The translations under genes were made by a program, and so were the position numbers. The notes beneath the pieces are model-generated. The model searched no databases. It saw only the letters and a program-made list of their open reading frames with translations, and was not told the origin of the DNA. Below, in pieces: positions 39,959-51,923 of a DNA stretch of 64,000 nt. The stretch is from an uncultured Alphaproteobacteria bacterium (GTDB taxonomy: Bacteria; Pseudomonadota; Alphaproteobacteria; RF32; CAG-239), in assembly GCA_947630965.1 (NCBI GenBank), contig CANRJO010000005.1, forward strand, positions 203 through 64,202. Direction: 5' to 3'. Every line of letters starts with the position of its first letter. Position 1 is the first letter of the stretch.

Positions 39959-41491
39959 TTATTTTCCTTTTGAAAGCGGATAAAAGCGTTTGAGTTCCGT
40001 CAGGCGATACCCCGTATAAGTGCCCAAAAGCATCACCGTAAACAAAATAACCAGATTAATCTCGTTAAAAGCAAACATCACATGGCGGATTTCTTCACTT
40101 GCCACCACAAAATAAGTCACAATGGCGGTAAACATACTATAAATAATTTCTTTAATGGTATTCATAGGCCCTTCTTCTTCCCAAATAATGGAAGCACGCT
40201 CAATAATCCACGCCGTAATAATAATCGGGAAGAACACCGCCGATGCCGCAACCGCAATATCCAACCTATAGCCGATAACCGTCAAACCTTGCATAATCAA
40301 AATCACAAAAATCACAACGGAAGCAATTCTAGGCACCAAAAGCAAATTAAGCTTTGAAAGCATCAAGCGCAACAAAAGCCCCAACGTCAAAATAAGCGTA
40401 AAACAAACAATGCCCTCAAAAAAGCCTGTCTGTACAAGCGAAAGAGCAATCAACATCGGCGTAAAAGTACCCATAGTAGAAAGCCCAACAACATTACGCA
40501 TTAAAACCGTAATAAGAATGGCAAGCGGAAAGATCATCAACCATTTTAAGGTGTTTTGTGCCAAAAGCGGCAAGGAATAAATGGAATATTCGTAAGCAGA
40601 TTCCAAATCATTGATTTTTGCGCGATGCCCCGCCATTTTAAACGTAGATGTGGCAGATTTTAAGGCCGAAAACCGAACACGAGACTCCGCTCCGCCCGAA
40701 ACATCTAAAAGCGACTTTCCGCCCCGTTGAAACACCATAAAGTTTTTAGGTAGGCCATCTTTCCCTGAATAAATATCATACAAGCGCCACTTATCGCCAT
40801 CATAAGACTCAAGCATCAAATCCGGCAAAGATTCCTGCTTACCTTCCTCCAAGCGAACACCGCGCGCCATACGTGCCGGCACGCCTTTAAATGCCAACAG
40901 CTCAATCATCTTCATAACACGCTGTTTTTCATTAAGTTCTTCAGGTAAAAAGGCATTTAAAGAGGCATCTAAGGGTTGCTGATTAAACAGCGCAATCAGC
41001 TTTTGAGGCAACCGACCTTCAAAAGCTTCCGCCGCCGCCCAAATATCTTCCGCCTGTTGTGTCATTTCTTCATCATATACCGGTTTTTCAAGCTGTGGCT
41101 TTGTCGGATCGGCAAGCTTACCGCGCGAATCCTCATTATCATAAACTTTAAGACGATAATAAATATTTTGAACTTTTTCCTTGGCGGGAGAAGAAAGCAC
41201 AAGCCTTTTGCCGTCTTGAGATTTTTTAACATCATACCCTTTAGCGGAAACATCTTCATTCAGAATTTTATATTCAGCGCTTTCTTGCGGAATTCCGAAG
41301 GAAACTTCAATCGGCCCACCCGTTGGCACAAACTGGATATGCGCATCAATACGCCACACGTTTGTAGAAGCGTGCGGATGCAAACCAAACCCCCAATACC
41401 TGATTTTATAATATGCACAAACGCCTGTCCACACAAGGGAGAGCAAAAGACAAAGCGTTAAAACTTTACGTACAGAGAATAATTTTTTCAT
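39959..41491 (-). CDS. Inactive transglutaminase fused to a 7TM domain
   Basis: VPARMARGVRL, RNVVGLSTMGTFTP, LLLVPRIA, FFPIIITAWIIER, LGTYTGYRLTEL.RF. Confidence 0.88.
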   Translation of the reverse strand: MKKLFSVRKVLTLCLLLSLVWTGVCAYYKIRYWGFGLHPHASTNVWRIDAHIQFVPTGGPIEVSFGIPQESAEYKILNEDVSAKGYDVKKSQDGKRLVLSSPAKEKVQNIYYRLKVYDNEDSRGKLADPTKPQLEKPVYDEEMTQQAEDIWAAAEAFEGRLPQKLIALFNQQPLDASLNAFLPEELNEKQRVMKMIELLAFKGVPARMARGVRLEEGKQESLPDLMLESYDGDKWRLYDIYSGKDGLPKNFMVFQRGGKSLLDVSGGAESRVRFSALKSATSTFKMAGHRAKINDLESAYEYSIYSLPLLAQNTLKWLMIFPLAILITVLMRNVVGLSTMGTFTPMLIALSLVQTGFFEGIVCFTLILTLGLLLRLMLSKLNLLLVPRIASVVIFVILIMQGLTVIGYRLDIAVAASAVFFPIIITAWIIERASIIWEEEGPMNTIKEIIYSMFTAIVTYFVVASEEIRHVMFAFNEINLVILFTVMLLGTYTGYRLTELKRFYPLSKGK

Positions 41492-41505
41492 GTTAAAGTC
41501 CTATG

Positions 41506-42045
41506 TTATTTTAATGTCATGGATCTTGCGGGATCAACAATCGCCCGTCCGTTTAAAATATTGCGCCCGATTAAAACCTGATAATCAAAATCTTTGCGGT
41601 CAACAAGTGTAAAATCAGCCTTTAAGGTCTGACCTGCAAACTTCACATCAAGGTTAACAACTAGACGATGCTCTTTTTGATGAACGCGTTTAATGCGCGT
41701 TTGACGCACCAAAGGTTTTTCAAACACGTTTTCTTCGCCTGTTTTTCTGTTTTTAACCTTAAAACTCACCCATTTTTCGCCATCACGCTCAAATTTCTTA
41801 ATATCTGTTGCATCCAATGCTGAAACGGCAGCCCCCGTATCCACTCTTGCCGCAAAAGAAGCTTTCATGGGCAACATATAAATTGGTTCTACCGCACCAA
41901 TAATTTTTAAGTTTGTTTTATGTGTTGTATCTGTTTTTTGTGAAGGCGGCACCACCGCGGGCACCACATTTTCCTTTTTACTCAAAGCACAACCAGAAAG
42001 CACCAAAACGGCGCAAAACAGCGCAAATATAACAAATGTCTTCAT
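41506..42045 (-). CDS. RimK-associated putative protease (retropepsin-like), lipoprotein
   Basis: Lipobox LSG-C; IIGAVE, ARVDTGA, FTLVDR, VLIGRN. Confidence 0.88.
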   Translation of the reverse strand: MKTFVIFALFCAVLVLSGCALSKKENVVPAVVPPSQKTDTTHKTNLKIIGAVEPIYMLPMKASFAARVDTGAAVSALDATDIKKFERDGEKWVSFKVKNRKTGEENVFEKPLVRQTRIKRVHQKEHRLVVNLDVKFAGQTLKADFTLVDRKDFDYQVLIGRNILNGRAIVDPARSMTLK

Positions 42046-42124
42046 TTTTTCTTCCTTTTCAACTTTTTCTTTTTACCCTAATCAAACGCAAGTTGCAAAG
42101 AAAAATACCAACTTAACCCAAAAA

Positions 42125-42150
42125 AAACAGCCGTTAAAAAACGGCTGTTT
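42125..42150. terminator. Hairpin terminator after the porin gene
   Basis: AAACAGCCGTT...AACGGCTGTTT. Confidence 0.7.
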
Positions 42151-42165
42151 AACTTGGTTTTAATT

Positions 42166-43305
42166 TTAGAGGAAAAGTGTTAAACGAAGCGAAAAGACCT
42201 CCGCATAATCAGAGTTCTGGTTTAACGCCGGATGAATGTAAAATTGAACATCTGGCGTTAATGTTGCCCATTTTGAAAAGCCCCAAGCCCAATACGCTTC
42301 CACAACCTGCTCAGCGTCATGTTCTAAAGGTTCCCCAACCGCTGTTTCATTAACTTTATTATACGCATATGCAAGCCCGATTTGGTCTAAATCGTTGCGC
42401 TCAAGCGGGTTAAGCCACACCATACCACCTGACCACGATTGATCAATGGTATCCTGATGCCCTGAAACACCATTAACACGGGCAAAAACGTTAAATTTCT
42501 CGCCGATATTTTGAGAAAGGTTCAAAGACCAACCGTTGGTTGTCTGCGGTTGTTCTTTCACCGCCGGCTGATTGTAAACAAGAACGGAAAATTGCGCATC
42601 GCCAAGCTTGTTTGTCGGGGCATATTGAACTTGTCCAAAAGTGGTGTAATGCTTATCATCTAAATGATTAACCCGTACGCTTGTGGCGTCAACATTTGTG
42701 GCATCTTGCGCACCGAGCGCAAAGCTCCAATCGCCTTTGGGCGTGGCCTGAACATACGCACCCACAGCTGCTGTGGGGTAGGTTGATGAGGGGTTTTGCG
42801 AAAGCGCATAGTTGATAAAGTTCACCTGTTGGTTAGAGTTATACGCTGAGCCGTCAAAGTTATAAATCGGGAATTGCCCCAAGCCTAAAGTCAGCCATTT
42901 CCAATCGCCGCCAAATTGCCAAGTATAATAAAACTCATCAAATTCGTTGGTTTTATCGTTATAATCGTTGATATCCGAAACAACGCCCATGCGGTTGCCC
43001 ACATCCGCGGCATCGTGATGACCGTAACGCACCAGCGTGTAAGCAAAATTCAAAGCACCCGTACCATATTCATTATTGAAATTTGTCCACGTAAAATAAG
43101 GGTAAACATAAGCCTGAAATGCGTTATATTTCCCGCTTGGCGCCCCACGTTGTGGCATAAAAGTTGTAGTCACACCATAATCAAACCCATAATTTTTATT
43201 CAGCCAATATTTAAACATGGAATAGTCTGTTCCAAGGCTTTTCGCCTGCACGGCAGAGCTTACACTCATAGCTGCCAAAATAGTTAAAATGCCAATTTTT
43301 TTCAT
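42166..43305 (-). CDS. Carbohydrate-selective porin (OprB-like)
   Basis: Signal peptide, FINYAL, DQIGLA, EAYW...LTPDVQFYIHPA, C-terminal LRLTLFL strand. Confidence 0.8.
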   Translation of the reverse strand: MKKIGILTILAAMSVSSAVQAKSLGTDYSMFKYWLNKNYGFDYGVTTTFMPQRGAPSGKYNAFQAYVYPYFTWTNFNNEYGTGALNFAYTLVRYGHHDAADVGNRMGVVSDINDYNDKTNEFDEFYYTWQFGGDWKWLTLGLGQFPIYNFDGSAYNSNQQVNFINYALSQNPSSTYPTAAVGAYVQATPKGDWSFALGAQDATNVDATSVRVNHLDDKHYTTFGQVQYAPTNKLGDAQFSVLVYNQPAVKEQPQTTNGWSLNLSQNIGEKFNVFARVNGVSGHQDTIDQSWSGGMVWLNPLERNDLDQIGLAYAYNKVNETAVGEPLEHDAEQVVEAYWAWGFSKWATLTPDVQFYIHPALNQNSDYAEVFSLRLTLFL

Positions 43306-43454
43306 AGTTATGCTCCTTATATGTTAAAAAAATTTTCCTTGATATAATGGCTGTTTTTTAAAAATAAAGAGTAAGTGCAAAGTCTGATAAAAAAACTTGC
43401 GTCAATGAGGGCTTTTTTGTAAACTAAAACACAATGAATTGAGAAAGGTTGAAA

Positions 43455-44087
43455 ATGATTGCAAAATTACGCGGCATTATGGATACAATTTATGAAGATA
43501 GTTGCATTATAGACGTACAAGGCGTGGGCTATTTGGTTTTTGCCTCATCTAAAACGCTTGGCAAGCTCATCAAAGGGGCTGAAATTTCGCTTTTGATTGA
43601 AACGGTGGTGCGTGAAGATAGCATTTCGCTTTATGGCTTTTATGACGCTTGGGAAAAAGAATGGTTTAACACACTGACCAAAGTTCAGGGCGTTGGGGCA
43701 AAAGTGTGCTTGAGCATTTTATCAGCTTTAACGCCGGCGCAATTGGCGCAAGCTGTTTCCGCGCAAGATAAAAGCTCGTTTTTACGCGCCTCGGGTGTCG
43801 GACCAAAGTTGGCGGCGCGCCTTGTAACAGAGCTTAAAGACAAGATTGTGGTTATCCCCGGCGCTGATGTTTCACTTTCTGATGTCGCCAATTCCGATGC
43901 CACACCGATAACGCCCATAAGCGAGGATTCGCCTGTTGAAGATATTATCTCTGCGCTTGTTAACTTGGGGTATCAACGCCTTGAGGCTTATAAAACCGCC
44001 TCAAAAGTTTATGCCGCAAATGCCGACAAGCCCGTAAGCGAGCTTATTCGCCTTTCGTTAAAAGAGTTTGCCAAGAAGGATTTTTAA
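43455..44087 (+). CDS. ruvA: Holliday junction branch migration protein RuvA
   Basis: MIAKLRG, DVQGVGY, VRED..LYGF, GVGPKLA.R, ALVNLGY. Confidence 0.97.
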   Translation: MIAKLRGIMDTIYEDSCIIDVQGVGYLVFASSKTLGKLIKGAEISLLIETVVREDSISLYGFYDAWEKEWFNTLTKVQGVGAKVCLSILSALTPAQLAQAVSAQDKSSFLRASGVGPKLAARLVTELKDKIVVIPGADVSLSDVANSDATPITPISEDSPVEDIISALVNLGYQRLEAYKTASKVYAANADKPVSELIRLSLKEFAKKDF

Positions 44088-44090
44088 GCC

Positions 44091-45164
44091 ATGGAACAAC
44101 GTATTGTCAGTCCCTTGCCACAGGCAGAAGATGAAAAAAATAACATTAACGCGCCTGTTTCCACACGTCCTGAAAGTTTGGCGGATTTTGTAGGACAAAC
44201 CGCAGCTTGCGCCAACTTAAAGGTTTTTATTGAGGCAGCGCGCAGCCGGCACGAGGCGTTGGATCATGTGTTGCTTTTTGGCCCGCCGGGGCTTGGCAAA
44301 ACAACGCTTGCCTCCATTATTGCCAAAGAATTGGGCGTTGGTTTTCGTGCCACATCTGCACCAATGATTTCCAAATCGGGTGATCTAGCGGCGATTTTAA
44401 CCAATTTGGAGCCAAACGATGTTTTGTTTATTGATGAAATTCATCGCTTAAACCCCGCGATTGAAGAAGTTTTATACTCGGCAATGGAAGATTTTCAGCT
44501 TGATTTGATTATTGGCGAAGGTCCTTCCGCACGCTCTGTCCGCATAGATTTGCAACCTTTCACGTTGGTTGGCGCCACCACACGCTCAGGCTTGCTTTCA
44601 AATCCGTTGCGCGATAGGTTCGGTATTCCTTTGCGGCTTGATTTTTACACCCATGATGAGCTTAAACAAATTGTGATGCGGAGCGCTAAACTTTTGGGTA
44701 TGCCGATTTCTGATAACGGCGCGCTTGAAATTGCCAAGCGTTCACGCGGCACACCACGTGTGGCGGGGCGGCTTTTGCGCCGTGTGCGCGATTTTGGCGC
44801 GGTTGACGGTGGCGCGGAAATTGATAATAAGCTTGCCGATACCGCTTTACGCCGCTTAGATGTAGATAATTATGGGCTTGACGCTTTTGACAGGCGTTAC
44901 TTAAATTGCATTGCCAAAAATTATGGCGGGGGTCCGGTTGGCGCCGATACTTTGGCGGCGGCGCTTTCGGAAGAACGCGACACTATTGAAGAAGTGGTTG
45001 AGCCGTTTTTGTTAAAACTTGGCTTTATCCAACGCACGCCGCGCGGTCGCGTTATTTCTGATTCCGGTTGCGAATATTTGGGAATCCCGCGTTCTAAAAT
45101 TAAGCGTGATGACCGCCAATTTGACCTTTTAGCTAACATTGAAAGTTCTTTAGATGATAACTAA
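44091..45164 (+). CDS. ruvB: Holliday junction helicase RuvB
   Basis: [32 protein letters not shown]. Confidence 0.98.
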   Translation: MEQRIVSPLPQAEDEKNNINAPVSTRPESLADFVGQTAACANLKVFIEAARSRHEALDHVLLFGPPGLGKTTLASIIAKELGVGFRATSAPMISKSGDLAAILTNLEPNDVLFIDEIHRLNPAIEEVLYSAMEDFQLDLIIGEGPSARSVRIDLQPFTLVGATTRSGLLSNPLRDRFGIPLRLDFYTHDELKQIVMRSAKLLGMPISDNGALEIAKRSRGTPRVAGRLLRRVRDFGAVDGGAEIDNKLADTALRRLDVDNYGLDAFDRRYLNCIAKNYGGGPVGADTLAAALSEERDTIEEVVEPFLLKLGFIQRTPRGRVISDSGCEYLGIPRSKIKRDDRQFDLLANIESSLDDN

Positions 45165-45606
45165 CCTTAAAGCGCCTGCCGGTTCGCTTGAAAACGGCAC
45201 TTTTTATTTCCCGATCCGCATTTATTATGAAGATACGGATGCCGGCGGGATTGTTTATAATGCCAATTACCTGAAGTTTGCCGAGCGGGCAAGAACAGAA
45301 TTTTTACGCCATATCGGTGCGGATGCTCAACAAAGCACTCTGGAAAACGAGGGGCTGACTTTTGTGGTGCGGCATCTGGACATTGATTTTATTATGCCCG
45401 CCAAATTAGATGATTTTATTGTGGCAACCTGCACAATTAAAGAGCAAAAAAACGCCTCTTTACTGATTTATCAGGAAATTAAGCGCCATGACGATGTTTT
45501 GGCAAAGCTGAATGTTCAAATTGCTTGCTTGGATATGAAACGCGGACGTCCGGTACGCATTCCAGAAGATATTTCTCAAAAATTTGCGCAAACAATAACG
45601 CTTTAG
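45154..45606 (+). CDS. ybgC: YbgC acyl-CoA thioesterase
   Basis: [25 protein letters not shown]. Confidence 0.92.
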   Translation: MITNLKAPAGSLENGTFYFPIRIYYEDTDAGGIVYNANYLKFAERARTEFLRHIGADAQQSTLENEGLTFVVRHLDIDFIMPAKLDDFIVATCTIKEQKNASLLIYQEIKRHDDVLAKLNVQIACLDMKRGRPVRIPEDISQKFAQTITL

Positions 45607-45607
45607 C

Positions 45608-45946
45608 TTATTTCCGAAGTGCTGCCGCGGATTGCCACATTTTTTCAAGATTGTAAAATGCGCGCACTTCAGGCTTAAACAAATGCACAATCACATCAAA
45701 AGCGTCAATAAGCACCCAATCAGCTTTTTCAGCGCCCTCAACGGAAGCACGGAAACCTTCTTTTTTCAGGTTTTCAACTACTTTTTCCGCCAACGAAGCC
45801 ACATGCCGTTGCGATGTACCGCTCGCCACCACCATGTGCGACGCGATAGAGGAAATGCCGTTGAGATCAACAGTCACAATATCTTCCGCCTTATTTTCAT
45901 CTAAGGTTTGAACAACAATTTTTAAGATTTTTTCTTCATTATTCAC
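45608..45946 (-). CDS. rsfS: Ribosome silencing factor RsfS
   Basis: KAEDI, MVVASGTSQRHV, WVLID..DVIVHLF...R.FYNLEKMW; GTG start with AGGAG RBS. Confidence 0.93.
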   Translation of the reverse strand: MNNEEKILKIVVQTLDENKAEDIVTVDLNGISSIASHMVVASGTSQRHVASLAEKVVENLKKEGFRASVEGAEKADWVLIDAFDVIVHLFKPEVRAFYNLEKMWQSAAALRK

Positions 45947-45959
45947 GGTTTTCTCCTGT

Positions 45960-47322
<1,363 letters not shown>

Positions 47323-47339
47323 TTTTTTACTCCTTTGCC

Positions 47340-47642
47340 TTACTTGGACACAACATTGGTGATTTTAACCAATGTGATTTGTTGTCTGTGTCCGTTTTTA
47401 CGGCGATAATTCTGCCGTCTTTTCTTTTTAAAGATAATCACTTTAGCGTCTTTAGCTTGTTTTAAGACAGTTGCTTTCACGCTAGCGCCCGCCACAAGCG
47501 GTGTGCCAACGGTATCACCTAAAGCCAAAACTTCATTAAAGACAACTTCCTTGCCTTCTTCACCGGCGATTTTCTCAATTTTAACAACATCACCTTCCGT
47601 GACCCTGTATTGCTTCCCGCCTGTTCTAATAACTGCGTACAT
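47340..47642 (-). CDS. rplU: 50S ribosomal protein L21
   Basis: [14 protein letters not shown]...GHRQ. Confidence 0.98.
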   Translation of the reverse strand: MYAVIRTGGKQYRVTEGDVVKIEKIAGEEGKEVVFNEVLALGDTVGTPLVAGASVKATVLKQAKDAKVIIFKKKRRQNYRRKNGHRQQITLVKITNVVSK

Positions 47643-47732
47643 TTTAATTCACCTAATTTTTGATTACACACACAATGTTGACTTGCAATATACATAACTT
47701 TTTTTGCCTGTCAACAAAATTTTAAGAAAATT

Positions 47733-48206
47733 TTAGTTTTTCTTACTTTTATGGTCTTTTCGATGCAAAATCCGCCAAAATTCCGGACGCATAAAACGCC
47801 CGCGCCACAGCCCAATTTTTGCCTTTTGAGCTTCTTTTTCCTCATCTTTATACCAACTGTGCCGATAAGTTAGCGCCATACCGTTTTGAACCATCAGTTT
47901 ATTAAGATTTTGCCCATCGGCATAGCAAATACTTAAATCGCGCTCATATATATCCGTATCTTTTTTATCGCACCTAACATTGCGGGCATTTTGAACCAAA
48001 GATATCAGATAGTTAAGCGATTCTTTTCCACAGGCATATTCTTTTTTATTTTCATCAAGACAAGTTTGAAACATTTCCGGCGCGTCAATACCCATCAGCC
48101 GAACTCTGCGCCCATTCAGCTCCAAAGAATCGCCGTCTGTAACCCAAACTTTTGCCACACTCGGAAGAGCAAAAAGCAATAAAAGCGCGGAAAACAAATA
48201 TTTCAT
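47733..48206 (-). CDS. Thermonuclease (SNase) family secreted nuclease
   Basis: DGDSL, RLMGIDAPE, D.YER, MVQNGMA, GLW; GGAGG RBS. Confidence 0.9.
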   Translation of the reverse strand: MKYLFSALLLLFALPSVAKVWVTDGDSLELNGRRVRLMGIDAPEMFQTCLDENKKEYACGKESLNYLISLVQNARNVRCDKKDTDIYERDLSICYADGQNLNKLMVQNGMALTYRHSWYKDEEKEAQKAKIGLWRGRFMRPEFWRILHRKDHKSKKN

Positions 48207-48332
48207 TGTTGACACCTCCGTATAAATTGTGCAAAAGTATAGAAAATTGTAAAAAATACGCAAGCAAAATTTTGCTTCTGTTTTTGTGCGATATTGAAAA
48301 GTTTGGAAACTCTTAGGTTTGAGAGGTTGGCA

Positions 48333-49568
48333 GTGTTCAAAAGGTCTGGTTTTTATGCGTTAGGTTTTATTTGCGCGGCATTTCTTGCCTCATGCGTTCA
48401 AGAACAGCATTCTTCCGTTATTCGTGTTGAAAGTTGGCAACCCAAATTAGCGCAGACGGATTCAATCATTGTGTGCCGTCAAAAACAATGCGCCCCGACA
48501 AGCCTTTCCATGTCTTCGGAGTTCATTTATAATTCTTTAGCGCACCTTCTTGACAACAACAATCATAACACGCTTTTACCTTGCACGGCAGATCCCAAAA
48601 CGCACGTCTGCACGGAAGAGTATATTGTTTTGCCCTTAACAGTTGGTGTAACACCGGCGTTTATGTACATCAACAGCGTCAAAATCTCAGATATGTCTAT
48701 GGCATTAAACAGAAAAAGTTTAGACCTTATCCTTAATTATAATGTCACGTACAACGGTCAAACACCTGTTTGTAAGCCCGCCAAAAGCCTTATTTACGTC
48801 AAAAACACCAAAAACATCATCATGGAAGACAGTGGCTATGCCTGCAAAATGACAACCATCGGCAGCTCTGTTGTTAAAACATTATTCGCCATTGATTACA
48901 TTGATTTAGACTATGGCTATATTGGCGGCTATTATTCCATTGGTGTTTCAGGCCCGGCTTTCGGTGGCGGTTCAGGTTATATGTTATTAAGGTTACCCAA
49001 AGATGCCTACCCGCTTTCTCCTGAGTTGATGGATCAGCAAGAAATTGTTAAAAAAGATCAGAATCAAGCTGAAGAAGATGTTGAAGCTTACGAATACGAA
49101 GAAGATGAAGAATTTTTTGAGCCTGAGGCACCGACAAAACCTTCCAAAATTAAGGTAACCGTTAGAACAACAACCAAAGGCAAACATTGCAATGGCGCGT
49201 GCAAATGTACAGGCAAAGCTAAAAGCAATGGCACGTGTAAATGCACAGGTAAAAATGCGCGCGGATGTCCTGATATTCCGCATCAAACCAAGGCTAAGGT
49301 ACCGGAAGCGAAACCGGATACGGTGGTAAATGTAGAATATACAGACCAAAAGGGCGTTCAAATCTTTCCTTTCGTCAAACCGCATGCCCAAGTAAAACAC
49401 ACTAAAGTCATGAACCAAGCGCCACAACCGCCTGTTCAAATTATTGACACACCTTTGCCAATAGAAGAAAAATCGGTGGAACAAAAACCGACAGAAGAAA
49501 AACCGGTGGAACAAAAACCAACAGAAGAAAAACCGGTGGAACAAAAAGCGGATACGCCACAAAAATAA
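48333..49568 (+). CDS. Hypothetical lipoprotein with low-complexity C-terminus
   Basis: Probable GTG start, lipobox LAS-C; acidic stretch, CKC repeats and EEKPVEQKPT repeats. Confidence 0.7.
   Translation: MFKRSGFYALGFICAAFLASCVQEQHSSVIRVESWQPKLAQTDSIIVCRQKQCAPTSLSMSSEFIYNSLAHLLDNNNHNTLLPCTADPKTHVCTEEYIVLPLTVGVTPAFMYINSVKISDMSMALNRKSLDLILNYNVTYNGQTPVCKPAKSLIYVKNTKNIIMEDSGYACKMTTIGSSVVKTLFAIDYIDLDYGYIGGYYSIGVSGPAFGGGSGYMLLRLPKDAYPLSPELMDQQEIVKKDQNQAEEDVEAYEYEEDEEFFEPEAPTKPSKIKVTVRTTTKGKHCNGACKCTGKAKSNGTCKCTGKNARGCPDIPHQTKAKVPEAKPDTVVNVEYTDQKGVQIFPFVKPHAQVKHTKVMNQAPQPPVQIIDTPLPIEEKSVEQKPTEEKPVEQKPTEEKPVEQKADTPQK
49463..49547 (+). repeat. 30-bp tandem repeat (~2.8 copies)
   Basis: AGAAGAAAAAYCGGTGGAACAAAAACCRAC, encoding EEKPVEQKPT. 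Confidence 0.9.
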
Positions 49569-49602
49569 CCGATTTTTATGCTTAAAAATACAATTCAAGC
49601 CT

Positions 49603-50013
49603 CTATACAGAGGCTTTTTTATGAATAAAGTCTATATATGCTTTAGCAACCGGAACATCGGCAGGCGCCAGATTATATTTGATAAGATCTTGAGGACTTG
49701 CCCAAACATAAGTTTCATGTGCTGTTAAGGTTGTAATTTGAGGGCTTAAAGCTGTTGCCAAAAAAACATGAAGACAAACATTTTTTGTTTCATAGGCACA
49801 AACTGATTTCATAAAAAAGGAATCAATTTCAATCGGGAGGTTCATTTCTTCAGCTAATTCGCGTTTCAAGCACGCCTGCAAAGTTTCATGCTCTTCCAGT
49901 TTGCCACCCGGAAATTCCCACAAACCGCCCTGATCCTTTGAAAAAAGGCGTTGCCCGAGCAAAACCTTGCCTTGATAAGTGATAATTCCTGCCGCAATTT
50001 GTAGTGTTTTCAT
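49603..50013 (-). CDS. NUDIX hydrolase (MutT/NudG-like)
   Basis: WEFPGGKLE..E....CLKRELAEE Nudix box; LAPAD. Confidence 0.92.
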   Translation of the reverse strand: MKTLQIAAGIITYQGKVLLGQRLFSKDQGGLWEFPGGKLEEHETLQACLKRELAEEMNLPIEIDSFFMKSVCAYETKNVCLHVFLATALSPQITTLTAHETYVWASPQDLIKYNLAPADVPVAKAYIDFIHKKASV

Positions 50014-50471
50014 TTGCGCATAGGCTTAACGTAAGCAATAGCCGCGTGCTCTTCGCAATAAGTTTGCCCGCTGCGAACTTTTTTACCGCAAAAGCAAAAG
50101 CCCTCATCGCGCGGATCGCCAATCGGCCAACGACAAGTATGATTATCAAGCTCCGTAAGCGGTATGCACCCTGTTTTTTCAACCGTTGTCGGCACAACAA
50201 CCGTTGGACTGATTTCCACGGGTTCAATCTTAACTTTCTTAACGGATTTTGCAGATTTTGGCGTTTTTTCAACACTTTTTTGTGCCGGTTGCTCCAACAC
50301 CACATTTTCTTTTTTCTTAATTGGCGATGGGCGAGCCGTTAAATTAAGACGATGAACTTTACCGACAATAGAGTTTTTTGAAACGCCTATTTTTTTTGCA
50401 ATTTCGCTCGTCGTCAGACCTTGTTTCCACATCTGACGCAACTTATCAATCATCTCACTTGTCCAAGCCAT
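50010..50471 (-). CDS. gcrA: GcrA cell-cycle regulator
   Basis: MAWT.E....L..MW.QG, SKNSIVGKVHRL, CRWPIGDP...FCFCG, YCEEH. Confidence 0.93.
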   Translation of the reverse strand: MAWTSEMIDKLRQMWKQGLTTSEIAKKIGVSKNSIVGKVHRLNLTARPSPIKKKENVVLEQPAQKSVEKTPKSAKSVKKVKIEPVEISPTVVVPTTVEKTGCIPLTELDNHTCRWPIGDPRDEGFCFCGKKVRSGQTYCEEHAAIAYVKPMRK

Positions 50472-50587
50472 AGGAAATCTCCTTATTTTTATTTTGGGCA
50501 TAGTTTAATCAATTTTTGTTTTTAAGTCCAGTTATTTTTTTATAAAATATGCTTTTTATTTGAAAAAAAGTATGATATTTAAAGCCT

Positions 50588-51835
50588 ATGAAAAAATTTT
50601 GGATAAATATTTTGCTTCACTGCGTGTTGTGCCTTGGGTTGATAAATTCAGCATTTGCCGATCCAAGGAAAGCTTATGCAAAATACTTTCAGGTTGATTT
50701 AGACGCTCCCGTGCCGGACTTACAAGCCTTAGCCAAAGAATATGAGAAAGCAGCGGAAGTATATAACCCACGTTATCTTTTAAGTTGGGACGTCGGCTCC
50801 CAGTTTGATCCTTTATGGGTCAACACCATATCTTATTACGGCTTGTCTGAAAAGCGCCTTAAAGCTCCAAATGAAGATGCCCTTCTGGACATGCTCAAAT
50901 CTTTACCGAAAGAATATTATCCTTACATAGGGCCCCAACTCCACGCCACAGCGGGGATGTCTGAAAAAATTTTGAATATGCCCGGCATCAAAGAAACCAA
51001 AAATCACTTTCCTGAACGCATTGCACCGCAAGTTACGGATATTGAAGATTTAGAATTTTTATCCCCACATCTTTACCTGCTTTTAATGCCTGAAATGTGG
51101 CCTTCCAACAACATCCCCCTTGACATGCCGCGCCTAAAACCCACTAAGTTTACAAACATAGCGCCACCTTTATCTTCTCTCAAAAAAATTATGCAAAGCG
51201 TTCCCCAAAACGGCTATGACGGTGCCGAAAAAGCAAAATCAGCACCGGATAAGGATGATTTAAGAACACTTAAAATCAACGCCTCATCGCCTTTAACGGG
51301 CGGGGATATTCGGGCTTTTTTAAACACCTTACCCAACGTGAAAGCCTTTGGCACAAATTCAAATTTGGTAAAAATTCATCAAGCTGAGATTTTGCTCAAC
51401 TTTTGGGAGCAAAAAAACGGCACGGCTTTGCCTATGGAAAGCCTTAAAGACAGTGTCAACCCCTGCGCTCGGTTAGCATTAAAAATCAAGTGGGCAGGCT
51501 TGGAAACAAAATTTTTACAAACCATTGCCCCACAAGGATTTAATTTAAAAGAATGGGCTTACACCTGCGACAAAACCATCAAAGCACACCGCATAGCAAC
51601 CATTTCAAGAGACACCATAACAACACTGAAAAACTATAAAAACGGTGTTTATGATAAATATTTTATGCCCTTAAAACCTCAATATCGCGATATGCCCTTT
51701 GCCATTATGGCGGCAACGCTTGAAATGTATACAGCCCCTAAAGCGGACGTTATGCAAGCGCTTCAAAACGGCATCAAAATAAATGAAGCTTTGCGTCCTT
51801 TAGGGGGCAAACTTTTGTTTTCACCGATAAATTAA
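50588..51835 (+). CDS. Hypothetical secreted protein
   Basis: Signal peptide AFA-D, 415 aa, no recognisable motif. Confidence 0.7.
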   Translation: MKKFWINILLHCVLCLGLINSAFADPRKAYAKYFQVDLDAPVPDLQALAKEYEKAAEVYNPRYLLSWDVGSQFDPLWVNTISYYGLSEKRLKAPNEDALLDMLKSLPKEYYPYIGPQLHATAGMSEKILNMPGIKETKNHFPERIAPQVTDIEDLEFLSPHLYLLLMPEMWPSNNIPLDMPRLKPTKFTNIAPPLSSLKKIMQSVPQNGYDGAEKAKSAPDKDDLRTLKINASSPLTGGDIRAFLNTLPNVKAFGTNSNLVKIHQAEILLNFWEQKNGTALPMESLKDSVNPCARLALKIKWAGLETKFLQTIAPQGFNLKEWAYTCDKTIKAHRIATISRDTITTLKNYKNGVYDKYFMPLKPQYRDMPFAIMAATLEMYTAPKADVMQALQNGIKINEALRPLGGKLLFSPIN

Positions 51836-51923
51836 TTAATTTTTAAAAAAATTCTTGCATTTAGCATTAAGAGTCTGTATAACAAGGACAAATTTTGGAA
51901 TAACCTTTGGAAAAGGAAGAAAA

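Noticed and set aside
49463-49547. 30-bp repeats as a CRISPR array
   Set aside because: No spacers, in-frame coding repeats, no cas genes
48993-49598. 201-aa F/R-rich minus-strand ORF
   Set aside because: Reverse complement of the lipoprotein's repeat tail
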